Positions 1-12,500 of a stretch of DNA of 64,000 nt are shown here, in pieces. This stretch comes from Lingula anatina (lineage: Eukaryota; Animalia; Brachiopoda). The translations under genes and the position numbers were made by a program. The notes below the pieces were generated by a model. That model worked only from the letters and a program-made list of their open reading frames with translations. It was not told the DNA's origin and searched no databases. Location of the stretch: the NCBI GenBank assembly GCA_051362555.1, contig CM120640.1, positions 1,364,001 through 1,428,000 of the forward strand. Reading direction: 5' to 3'. Numbering within the stretch: the stretch's first letter is position 1; each line of letters starts with the position of its first letter.

Positions 1-3000
1 GCAACCTTCCCACCTCATCTGTGTCCGGAGCATATAGAAGGCACGTGAAGGCACTTGGCTGGCTGTTTTGACACTGGAATACAATGGAACGCGCACTGAG
101 CCCTCCACAGGTGAATGTTTTTGAACACACTGGATCCGTTAAGATATTTTTGTAAAAGAGAATAAATATAATGAACTGTTTTATTTTACACTGTTTCGGA
201 TGGCCCACACATGCACAGCGCGGAAAACGGTGTAAGTTCAGTTGTCTGTACAGGTGCCAGCTTTGGAAAATGCTCTTGAAAAACTGTTTGTTACACATTT
301 ATGTCAAATATAAAGATAAAGACGAGATATGAACCTAAACAGGTGCAGTGGATTATGTGTGAGGATGGGAATGATATCAAGGGCAAAAACAACCATATTT
401 TGAAGAATTTAGCGACGGCCATTAATCGGAAACGTAGGTGGAAACCCTAAGGAGAACAATATGGCGAGAAGACCCAAGAATAAATTTCAGGTGTTTACAT
501 TTTATCCTCCGGGTTGCATGGTGCAGCACTTAATGATTTAATGATTTGTTTGTTTCGTTTTTCATACACAAAAACTTATACCCTTTAAAGTTTTCGTATT
601 TTTGCCCTGTTTCAAAAGTAACTTTTGTCTGGAGATTGGTCTAATTTTTAGAAAAAAAACTGTTAAAAAAAGATAATATGTGTAGTATATCTTTTAAAAA
701 GTATTGCTCTGAATAATTTGTCACGTCTTTTTTCTTTATTGTTATAAAACGGGCAAAATAATTAATTTCATTGGGCTTCTACTTTCGTGTATTAGATCAG
801 AGTAGACTTAAGTTTTAGTCTGAAAGTTTACACAAAAATTTAGACTTAAGTTATTAGTAAATCATGTTGTGCTTAGTCATATACAATCTGTACTTCAGTG
901 TATATAACGGCCAAGGCCAACCAGCATTAACAGCAGCTGTCTATCGAGGATTTATTAGCATTTATCGGTAAATGAAAAGGGCGCTGATTCGATCCCCAGC
1001 TTTCCTCACGAACCGATCTAAGCAGATGTTAGACGTTATATCGAGCTTTTCACATTCCGTTGGTATCGTGCTCTCTTAGCACTCCTTGAAACATTCACCA
1101 TCTTATGTCACGCCACCTGACCTCGAGTAAGGATTTTCCTATTACGTGGATTGAAACCTCAACTAGAATGATTTCTTTGAAGCATACCGCATGGTAGCTT
1201 TTTCTCTCTTTATTTGGGGCACTGAGAATGCAAATCATGGCTTGTATAATGTTCAACCCTGTGTTTTTCCAACAGAAGCCAATGCCATCAAAAGCAGGCG
1301 TGGTTCTATCTAACTTGTTTGCCAGCCTAAGGTAGCTCACAGGTTAAAAATAAAATGTTATCTTATATTTCGTTTTTCAGTCTGTTTCTTCCAACGTTGG
1401 CCTACAATACACGCATGTCGTGTGTTCGTAAGCATACATGTTTCTACCCTTTTAACGGTATACTGACTAGTCATTTCTAATTTTGTTAAGATCTATAACT
1501 GCGTCATTCATTCCATGCATGTCTCTGACTGATGAGCAGAAAATGCACATCAAAAATAATTTCACCGCCAGGTGTTTCGACCACCAGCTGGCCACTTTCA
1601 GAATTATAAACTAATAAATATTTTTAACATCAGATCCCCCAGAACGACTAATTTCCCAAGTTGTTTTATTTTTAAATGAGAAGAGTTCCCGATGAATTCC
1701 AAAAGGAAATAGCTCTTGCCAGCAAAGCAGGTCTTGAGATGTATCTCCCATTTTATGGCAGTGAAGGTCAATTTCTGCCCAGTACATTTAAGGCCTGCAG
1801 AGAGCATTAGGGTCTGCACACACTTGGGTTTACACGTGTTTTCACCGCGGCAAAGATGCTGTGATCATGAGGCGCTTATATTCAGTGAAGGTTTTGGAAT
1901 GTTCTCCAAGCCTTAATAACGTACCTCCAATACGTGTCATTTAATTTTTCATCGGATGTCGAAATAACTAAACAGGCTGTCATTAAATGAAAAGTGGTAT
2001 CACTCCTCTCTTTTTTATTTTTTATCGTTATTTGCGTACGCGTTAATTGGATCTAAAACTTCGGCAGTAAATTAAGTCAAAAGCTTTGCACTTAGTACTA
2101 TAACAGCGGAACCCAGTGTTTCTAAACAAACAAAAAGGAGAAATAGCACTTCGTCTGGCATCAGAAAGTAATCCTTACAACACGGTCCAAAAACCTGCCA
2201 AATATATCTTACTAACTGTGATCTGGCTGATTAGATCCTCTCTTATACAACTTAGCCGACTTGTTCGCCGATGTTTATCTCACTTTCAGCAGAGATAAAT
2301 TGTTGGGTTGCGTTCCTTAGATTGCCAGTTTTTTAGACACCCGTAAGATCTATACTCCTCACAAGAGACAAACTCTTTGTTATTTACATCATTATCTTTA
2401 TTAATGTTTCCTTATGTTTTTGCAAAATTATCGCATAGTACAGAAAAGTGCTGAGAAAAAAACAGCGAGGATGAAAATCTACTGAAGATTTCATTTTTTG
2501 GCCCTGGTATAAGGTAAAAAATCGAAGCATATCTCGGTAAGACACAAAGCCACTGTATCCAACCTTAAGGGCCATTCCCACATATATTTGGATCGTTCTA
2601 TCTCCCTGGGGAGTCTCACTAAATTGCTATCAACCTTACCGGCTTAAATGTCTGTCATGCATAGTAAAGCTGTTAGGGGGTAAATATCTTTACCCTAGCT
2701 GATACGGTAGGTGTGACAGACATTTAAACTGATTTTGATTAATACTTCAGGATGTGTCACAAACGGGCTAAGGGAGAAATGATTAGGTATTTTAATGATA
2801 CACGTCACATACGTTATGTACAGGCTGTGCTCTGAGCCCTGCTGCTCGGTGAGTGCTTTTATAATATTGGAAAGGTTTCCGTTTGATAAATCTCTCGGAA
2901 TGAAATGCAAATCTATAACTTTATTATATTTTCATCCAAAAACGAATCAATTACCATTGCCTACCCTTGGTCCTACATGTAGTTGTAAAGAATGGCATAA

Positions 3001-3343
3001 TGAACCACTTAACCGTTTCTTACATGACCAGCAGCCTTAAAACCAGCTAAAGGGGTATCCAGAAAAATAAGAAATGCATGGGACTGAAACGAGACTCGGG
3101 GTAACCGTTGAAACGCAGGGTGACGTGGCTCTGATGAGCTTCCTTCCTAACACAGTGTCCGATTCCCGTGGTGAAAGCAATTGAAAGCAAATGTGAAAGA
3201 CGAAGAACATGAGTTATATCCATCGGTGTGATCTGCTCGGAAACACTGGGGGAGCAAAGTAGTATTATCAGACTGGAACGCTCTCAGAGCACTTACTGGT
3301 GCATCCAGACCAGCTGATAAACCTGTCTTGGTTTCAGTCTTAG

Positions 3344-3392
3344 TGACGTCACCGAATAACCGTAATTATGTGGCCACTGGATAAAGTATAAA
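3344..3392 (+). promoter_or_regulatory. Candidate promoter: palindromic CRE followed by TATA-like box
   Basis: TGACGTCA at 3344-3351 and TATAAA ending at 3392. Motif evidence only. Confidence 0.3.
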
Positions 3393-6300
3393 CCCCAGCA
3401 GAAGACCGAGCGCTCTTGTCCTATCGCTACCTACTCTTCAACTCTCGTTAAGACGAGTTAATTCAGCGGAGAGAAGAGCAGGATGGGGTCAGATGCAATA
3501 TCCCACTAAGCATAGGCTGTTAAACCACGTGTAAATTAATTAGACATCTGTTGATGTCATAAAAACCAGAACCAGGCAAGGTTTCCAGATATCCACGTCT
3601 AGAAGCATCCTTTCCAGGCGAAGCTTTTAGCTGACTGTAATTACCCGGCAGGTTTCGCCAAACATTGCTACTACTTCGTGCTGCGAGGCGGCAGCATTTA
3701 ACCCTCGGGTTAGTCTACAGTGGTTGCCTCGCGAAGGTGGCTTAGCACATCGCTAGTTCTAAAATTCAATATAGTTATGAAATAACACTGTGTTTTGAAA
3801 TATAAGTGCTGCGAGTGAAGGCGGGGGAACATTATAAACTAAGTTCGTTGCGCTTGTATTTTTTAGAGGGGGTTCTTGTTCCAAAATGTAGGTCAATTAC
3901 GTAAACAGTTGCTAACATTTGATAAGAATAAAGTCTACCGTTTCGTGGTAAATAAATGATCGAATGACAGAATTACAACATTTAAAACAGAAGTGATTGT
4001 GATCGCAGGCGAAGAAGGAAACAAGGATCTGTTTTATTAAAAATGATTTCTTGTCTGACATAAAAATTCTGATCAATTTTATGCTTATGTATTTCATTTT
4101 ATGTATGACTTAAATAGAGAAAATTAAGACTTGACGTGAGATAAAATAGTTTTCAGATTGACAACACACCGCTGCGAACAATTATCCTCCCCTTCAGCAG
4201 CAGGTCGACACTCAACCCCAATGTCATTAGACTTTAAAGATAAGAAAGTTTACGTTAAATGATCCAAATGCCCTAGCGTATAGCCTATGTTTTGAGACGC
4301 ATTGAGCTGCCTGTTCATTCGAGACAAAATCCTTCTTTAGCTTAACCTTTTCAATTACTAGGGAAACTAGAGTTACCGAATCCTATATCATTTCTTAGCA
4401 GGAGAAGAGATGTTACCAGCAGCATAAACAGCTCTGGGCAAAATATGTATCTAGCCACCACCTGTTATCTTTCTCTGTGCCTAGTCCGCTATAAGTAGAC
4501 GCTACAGAGACAGGCCTGTGTTTTTCCCAATAGGTGGACGCAGTTAGCATGTTTTCGCGCCTTGTTTATCGTTCGTTTTACACCAAACATACCAACCATT
4601 GCCCAACATCTCGCTAATGTTAGTGTGTGTCAGATTGCAGTAGATATGGCCGTGAAAAGACCTGGATATGAAAGCAGACAACATGACAGGTATGATCACC
4701 GCCACCAGTTTGGTAATAGAACAACAGACGCCATTTGAAATGAGATTTAATGTCAGAAAAAGTTTAATGCTATAATTATTACGCATTAAGAAAAAAAGAA
4801 ATATATTTCAAGCCGTTATACGAACAGTTTTCATAAAGATACGCTTAGCGTACAGAAGGCAAAAGTCATAGTAATGGTCACTTGCCCAACGTACATCTAG
4901 AAGAAATGAGATACATCTATTAGATGTTTTGAACCGCTTCCAAACCACTCAAGTGCCGTTCTGACCTGTTATAGCAGGATGTCGACTGAAGCTGAAAACA
5001 ATTTGCCTGTTAGCTGTCATTCCCGTTGATCAAGACATCTGAAGCAGTTCGACCTTTAATTAGACAACATTAATCATTTTTTATCGCCTGCTGCGCTGCT
5101 TATTAGTTTTAAGATAACAAATAAGACTTAACAATCTCATCGCAAAGCCGCACACGTGATATCGATATAACTGTTGTTTCGTGCTGCTATTTTTTTCTTT
5201 TTTATCTCAAGGTCGACTTTTAACAAGACGTATTATATTCACATTCTGGAACCCGTGTCAAAAACACAATTTAAGAGTTTACTTAACTTAGACGTTTTCG
5301 TGAAGTCAGCTATGTGTTATTGATCTAACGTCTTGCGAACGATAAGCCCACCATTAATGTCTTTGATAGAATAAATCAGTTATTGTCACGACTAATAGTA
5401 AATATCATCGAAGATAACCACAATCTGCTCTTAAGGCTTTAGTTTAAAACAGAAAGACGAGGAGTTTTGATAATTATTATCTATTTAGAAAATTACAACC
5501 CATTTAAAGGGTTTGGCCCAAGGCACGTGTTGAAATAAATTCTTCGTTCACTTGATTAATATTGTGGCACATTTTCTCCATATTTTCAAAACCGTGTTTT
5601 ATGTTATGAAAATGATCCACGTGTTCTATAACTGTAGCACATAGGGTATGTACCTGGAAACGTTTGTTATCGCAATCAAGTATTACACGGTCACCATACA
5701 GGTACTGGTAAACATTAGTAATCTCACCTGTCACAGTCAGCGAGCGTGTCGGCGTCTTCACGGATTTTAAAGATACTGAGGGTCCGTGAAACATAGAGCG
5801 TTGTCTCCATTAGATTCCAACAGGTCAGGATTTGCGTGACGTAAGCGTGTCAAAATTTAGGACGTTATTTGTCTGAGCAATGGAAACCGGTCCTTTATCA
5901 CATAGGTTACTTTCTAGTACATAATACCAAACATTAAATATAAATGTCGTATTGGCAACGCGTGACTTTAATATAACACCTCGCCAACTACGAGCTTTTT
6001 TATCCGTTTTTCCCCTATAATGTCTTATCAAGTTATACGATAGACGATGAGTTTTCAAACATCACTAACTATATTTTGATAACAAACACATATTAACAAA
6101 CTCGTTATAACAAACATGATTTGTTGCATTAGGTGCACGAATATCTCTCTGATGTAATACATGTATACAAAATATACAAGCTTCTGGACATAAAAACATT
6201 TACATTTAAATCACATATGCTAGAAACCTCGTTATCGTTTCCATCTATTCAAAAAGTAAATCAATTTACACCCATAATAACTTTTCATTCTGTCAGATAT

Positions 6301-6635
6301 GTAGAATACCTCTTCTCTCAGTCTTAATTTATTCCAGTGATATCGAGCGCATTGAGTCTTAACGTTGCCACGGAGAGCATTTGTACTAATCTGAAAACAT
6401 CATGTAAACTGAGACCACATTTGTCTCTTTCTTAGAGCCATAATCATCAAACCATGACCTATAGGGCTTTTCTAAAGTATCATCAACTAATGTTGATGTA
6501 CCAACAAGCGGGCGGACATTTTATCACCTTTCCTACAGTTATTCAGATAAAAAAACTTCCTTCGCTTGTCGTGATTGATCAAATTTTGTTTGATTCACTT
6601 AGCATATAACCAGATTTTATTCCTCTTTTTCTCAG

Positions 6636-7610
6636 CTCTGATAGTTCGTTACATTACGAAGAGATATATTGGGGACTACGACCCGTACTCGGAAGCAATG
6701 TACACCTCTAACTCCGTGATTGACGGCAAACCAGTAACCTTGCGGGTGATAGACACAGTCGGTTTGGTAAGGGCTAACACGAGTAATTTATATGGTCGGT
6801 TTGGTAAGGGCTAACACGAGTAATTGATATGGTCGGTTTGGTAAGGGTAAATTATATGTCAATTATTAGGGTACGTTTATAACTTCTGTGTAATAGGTTT
6901 GTTTATTGTTTTACTGTCTGTGAAAGGTTAAGGTCTACTTGTAGATTATACCTTAAGCATGTCTTACTAGACACAACATGTGTAAAATGATTATTGAAAA
7001 GTAATGGTGAGATAAATTATTCATTTTCAAATATTTCTACATGACTATATATTTACATATATTAGTATTATTTTTACTGGATTTGCTCATAATTTATTAA
7101 ACTACAGGTCGTTACCTGATCCCTGTGTCTATATACATTTACAAACCAATAAATAAGTTATCTCCGTTGCAGGAGAAGAACAGCAAAAGGTCAGAGCAGA
7201 TAACGTGGGCCGATGGGTTCGTGCTGGTTTTCTCCCTCACCTGCAGGAAAAGTTTTGAAGCGGTGAAAAGAATCAAAGAACATATCAATGAACTTAGGCA
7301 AGACACAAAGATACCCATGATACTTGTCGGAAATAAAGCGGATTTGTCCCACGCCCGCGCGGTCAACCCGGTAGAAACCCGAGGCCTTGCCACGGACTTG
7401 CAGTGCCCGATGTTTGAAACGTCTGCCAGTGATAACTACGGCAGTGTTGTGAACGCCTTTCACGCCCTCTATCGGGAGGTGCGGACAGTACTGAAGCAAA
7501 GAGAAAAAGTGAAAAAGGTGATGCAGAAGCCCGGTATTTCTAAGAAACTCCAAATTGCAAACGCTTTGAGGAATTTACGAGAGTTTCGAATCAGGACCTA
7601 TACTGTTTGA
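6636..7610 (+). CDS. Ras-like small GTPase, RERG/RASL11/RASL12 group; 5'-partial (P-loop exon not found in window)
   Basis: Exons 6636-6766 (tttctcag|..|gtaagg) and 7173-7610 (ccgttgcag|..TGA) join in frame. Product: ALIVRYITKRYIGDYDP (switch I), IDTVGLE (G3), WADGFVLVFS, ILVGNKADL (G4), FETSAS (G5). No CAAX box, as is typical of the RERG group. Confidence 0.9.
6758..6847 (+). repeat. 37-bp tandem repeat (about 2.5 copies) containing the 5' splice site of the GTPase exon
   Basis: GTCGGTTTG|GTAAGGG recurs with the donor GT at 6767, 6804 and 6841. Confidence 0.9.
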
Positions 7611-9546
7611 CGAGTATTTGATTTGATTTTTTTTATTTGAACGACTTTAGAGTATCTAGATTTTCTTATGTTGAATATGGTAAGGAAATGTTTGACATAA
7701 GGCACACTTTCAAAGCGGGTTGAAAACTGAGCAGGCCAGGCGGGTTCGAGGTCTAGGCTTCAAAGGACTTAACCAGCTTTTAAGATGACTTTTACCTACA
7801 TGATATACATGCATTAGAGGCGAGTGTTCACTTTTGTAAAACAAGTCCACTGGTTCTAAATGGAAACGTTTTAGAGGATACTAGTAGCATCAGGAATCAT
7901 AATATTGGTATTTTATTTATTTACATGTATTCGTTAGTTGAAAGGCAACACATTTGGTCTAAACGCATACATGTGGTCTATGGCATACATGGAGATGTTA
8001 TCCATAGCAGAATCGAACTTCTAAGTACTTGATTCCATATTAAATTTCAAAGCCTTAATTCTGATATGCCCTATTAGCACAAGAACAGGAAAACGTCCTT
8101 CAGCAGAAAGTCATCCTCTTAAAGAAACGTCAAAACACGTCGGTTTTATTTTAGTCTTGACGGCATGACTAAATGAGTGCTGAACCTTCAAGTAAGATTT
8201 CAAAGATTTTGTTTCTTGTAATTTCAGCATCACTTCTGGAAAGAGCTCGTGACTGGAATCAAATACATGTATATTAGAGAGACAATGGCTGCACTTTTGA
8301 CGATTATGGAGTGCTGATTGTTTCTATATATATTTTTTATAATTTTGAAATATAATTATATTTGTAATATTTTCATCTATGTATTTACATAAATATTCAA
8401 ATAAATATCCTTAGATTGGTGCTTTAAATTTTGAAGTTTTGCTTGAGAAAAATTGTATAATGTGAAAACAATCAGTAGTACTCTGTAATGTTATTCTATA
8501 TGCTTAGTTAGAAATCAGTATTAAAGATCATGTTGGAAAGGCAATTTCTCAGTGTAACTTCGTATTGAGTTAACTGCAAAACGTTTGTGATGTGTTAATA
8601 AATAATTGTTATGGTATTACGTGAAGCACAGACAAATTTGCATACATGCACGTGCCTATATTTTAATTTTTTTTTTTTTTTTTTTGCATTTTATTTATTA
8701 TTTATCTACATTTTTCGGTAATGAGGAGGGGAGAGTACTTATGAAGTAATTTTTATGTCATATCGTCCCAAGTATAGATATAATTATCACCATCTTTGAT
8801 ATTTTCTGATCTGCTAATTTATCCGTTATTATGTTAAATAGATGGTTGCTATAGTAACCTGTGTACATTAACTTTCCCAGTACTAGAATATACATGCAAA
8901 AAGTTAACGAACCTTGGAGTTGGGCCATCAAAAAACAGGGCGGCAAATTTATCACCTTGAGAGAGTTATGTCCTCTATACACGAGAGAAGATGACAGTTT
9001 TGCCTTAGGGACATCATGATCTCGCGCACGTACATCTCATTATCACCTCACGCACGCATGCACACACAAACACACACCGACGGCATCACAATCTTAATCT
9101 CCAACAACAACTGCAGATTAATTTCAATTAATCTTTAATAGAGGGTGTTTAAAACACAATTGAGGTCCTCCGACCAGCACTTCCTCGACTTTGTTAAATA
9201 ACTATAGACTAACATCTGTCATTTTGTTTTGGACAAGCGGTGGAAGGTGAGGTTCTGTCTTAAAATTTGGCCTAGATACGCCCAGTGTCGCTTACAGTGT
9301 TTTTTCTTTTTTAACAAGGTTCTTTTATCCAGAAAATGTCAGTCGGTACACTGCAGACCACACCACAAACGTCTTGAAATATTATACTTTCAAATAAGTT
9401 TGGATATGATAATTACAGCGTGCATTTTTTTTTGTAAAGGGAAACGAATACCATATTGACCGAGAAAGAGATATATATACATATCATATTAATTTCCATT
9501 TTATACGTTTACTTTATAAACATGACAATAAACGAATAATGATAAG

Positions 9547-9547
<1 letters not shown>

Positions 9548-9603
<56 letters not shown>
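9548..9603. repeat. (ATT)n microsatellite
   Basis: Direct reading. Confidence 0.95.
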
Positions 9604-11487
9604 CTTACAGTGTATCTCACAGATATCAAAATGGCAGGAAAGACCATTACTGAACTGCTCGCAAGATGATTAGAACCATTACTCTTTTCTTACTTTTCGG
9701 TTACATGGAGTGAAAGTCACAAAAGCCAATATTCTAAATAATCACCGCAAACTATTACATGTGCCACGCTTTAAAGCTACATTTAAATTCATGTTTTGCC
9801 TCAAAGCCTTGCCAAATCCCACCACAGTTTAAAAAAGTGTAACTCAGAAAAATAACAAAGGGTATCCTGAAAAATGTTGTAAGAACGGATTTTCTGCTTT
9901 AATTTCAAGCCACCAACAACCCTCAACTGTCTTACTACCATATATGGGAGTAAGAGTGACGATTGTGCAGTGCTGCATAGTGTCACGTACTTCAGCCGAC
10001 CTTAATGAACTGGAGGGCCAAAAAAGACGCTGTTTTAAATATGTTTTTTTTTTTTTGTGGCTGAATGAGAGATAAACTTGTGATTAATATGCCTAACTGG
10101 GAATCCACGTTCGCCTTATTTGTTTCGTTAATATAAACGACGAACGTGAAGCAACATTAGCAATATAAGTCAAACTCCAGTAACACTCCACCAGAGACCA
10201 GCAAATTCTCGCTGGACAGTACAGAAATGTGTACAAAATTTGCTGTAAATATCTCGTGAAATAACCCTCTCTGTGGGCCTGTGTTTCCCAGTGTCCGGTC
10301 ATCACGGCTTAACGTTTCTCCGTTTACAGAATAAGTCTGTTAATAAGGCAGTGCCATGCGACTCTTAGACGGGACGCAGAGCCTTTGATTGTGAAATATA
10401 AGTACATCTTGCACTTTGGGAAACAGTCCAAGTATGCATATCAAAATTTTGTCAAGTTACCTTTGAACGATTTCAATATAAATAATCCAAAGAACATCGC
10501 GTTATAAGAGAATCTATAAACGTTTAACGATGCACGTCCCCCTTGTTTTCCTCGGATGGAATGATTTGCTGTCAAAGTAAAGGATATTAAAAATGACACG
10601 CGACATATTTATTCTAAATTTAATAGCCTCTTTGAAATTTAGATTTGAACGCTTTGTAATGCTTTACCTGAAACCGCGACAACAGGGGTGAAAGATGGCG
10701 TAAATAAACAGAACGTGAATCGATTTAACCTTTTCTCTTTAATCTTATCAAGTTCAAGGACTTAAAGCAGGCGTCACTTCTTGGTGTTTCTACATGTATT
10801 TATCTGTAACTCTACACAACAAATCTATGTAGATGTAATATTCATTAAAATAAATGTCTTCTGCATGATGATTTCAAATATTTTGCAAAACAAATATCTT
10901 GCAATGACAATGTTTACTTGAGTTTCAGTTATTCCACAATCTTTATAATTACATTATGAAAACAAGACATTAATTTTGAGGGTTATTTCACCAGAAGTAT
11001 GTTCCGCCACATTTATCATTACAGGTGAAAAAAACACATTTGTCCCATCGTTTTTTTTTCTCTTTTTGAAAAACGATAGTTAAATAGAAGCAGTTTCGGT
11101 GAGCCAATCTGAATACAAATATGTAATGGAACAGGTGTCAAACAAAATGTCACCCTCTAGAATGTAAAGCGTCGAGGGGGCGTTCTCCGCGTGAATATTT
11201 GCAGGTTATGTGAAACAATGCGTTAATGATTATGAAAAGCACATAGCGGTACTGGATGACACGTTTGAAACATGGTATTTTGGCCGATTCTTTACACAGA
11301 AATTGTATATTTTATGAGAAGTCCTAAAAGTACGCAATATTACCACGCCTATGGTTTAATTACGTGTATATGCGTTAACACTGGTAACCATGACACTCAG
11401 ATCAACTTATTAATAAATATTGCATGAGCACGATTTGCAATTCAAAGACACACATCGTTCCTGGGTCAAACAAGTCAGGAGAACCCG

Positions 11488-11568
11488 TATAAAACTCAGT
11501 GCAATGATACTCGTATTTTAATTACTGGCTAAGGCTGACCTTTGGACGTCCAGCAGTGATTAAACTAG
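11488..11568 (+). promoter_or_regulatory. Candidate TATA box and non-coding first exon of paralog 1
   Basis: TATAAAA at 11488-11494; possible donor AG|GTTTGT at 11569; acceptor ttccag just before the ATG at 11769. Confidence 0.4.
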
Positions 11569-11768
11569 GTTTGTTATAGCCGTAAAACTGCTACCGACCA
11601 ACTTGAAATCCAAATTGGATCTCTAAAATACTTTGTGGAACAGACATATCTTAACATAATACGATGACTGCAGCCAATGTCTGCCTTACGTGATTGAATT
11701 ATCATTTATCTAGACACCATCTGTACAGAAATACTTATGTTAATGATATTTATTTCCATTCCAGCAGC

Positions 11769-12446
11769 ATGGCAGGCCCCCAGGTTCTGATCTTTGCGGC
11801 TTTATTGGGCTGTGTCTTGGCAATGCCACCTATCGTTCCACCCTATGGACCAGCCCAGGCTCCTTCAGTGTATTCTTACCGGTGGTCCGTGAACCCGCCA
11901 GCATCGGCTTACAATGCTCTGACACCAGGTATGTCTACTGTGTGTAATGTAGTCTTAGAAAATCGGTAGTATTAGCAATATCTTCAAATATGTTCATGAA
12001 ACAGGATTTCTCAATTTTTAAAGCTGCATTCATTGTTGTATAGCCTAAAATGTCATGAGTGGTAATGATAGATTGCTCAGTTACATGTGCATATTCATGT
12101 TCACCTTAACGCATTAAAAGCGATAAATTTGAATTTTAAGAAATAGAAATATGTGTGTCAGAAATAAAATGTTTGACTAAATCATTCATCATTATACAAC
12201 CCCACACTTAATGACAGATTCTGAATAGGAAAATAATTATTTTAATATTCATTTTTTGCAGATGAGGCAGAAGGTAAGATATAACTATCTGCACATTTTA
12301 TAAAAATAGCAATTATATAACGAATGTTTTCTAAGGCCAGGGTGATTTTGACGGTTCAAAAAGCCTTTAGTTGTATACAATTAAAAACAAGGCATTTAAT
12401 GTCATATCAAGGTATCCTCATGCATACGCTTTTAATGTTAGTTTTG

Positions 12447-12500
<54 letters not shown>

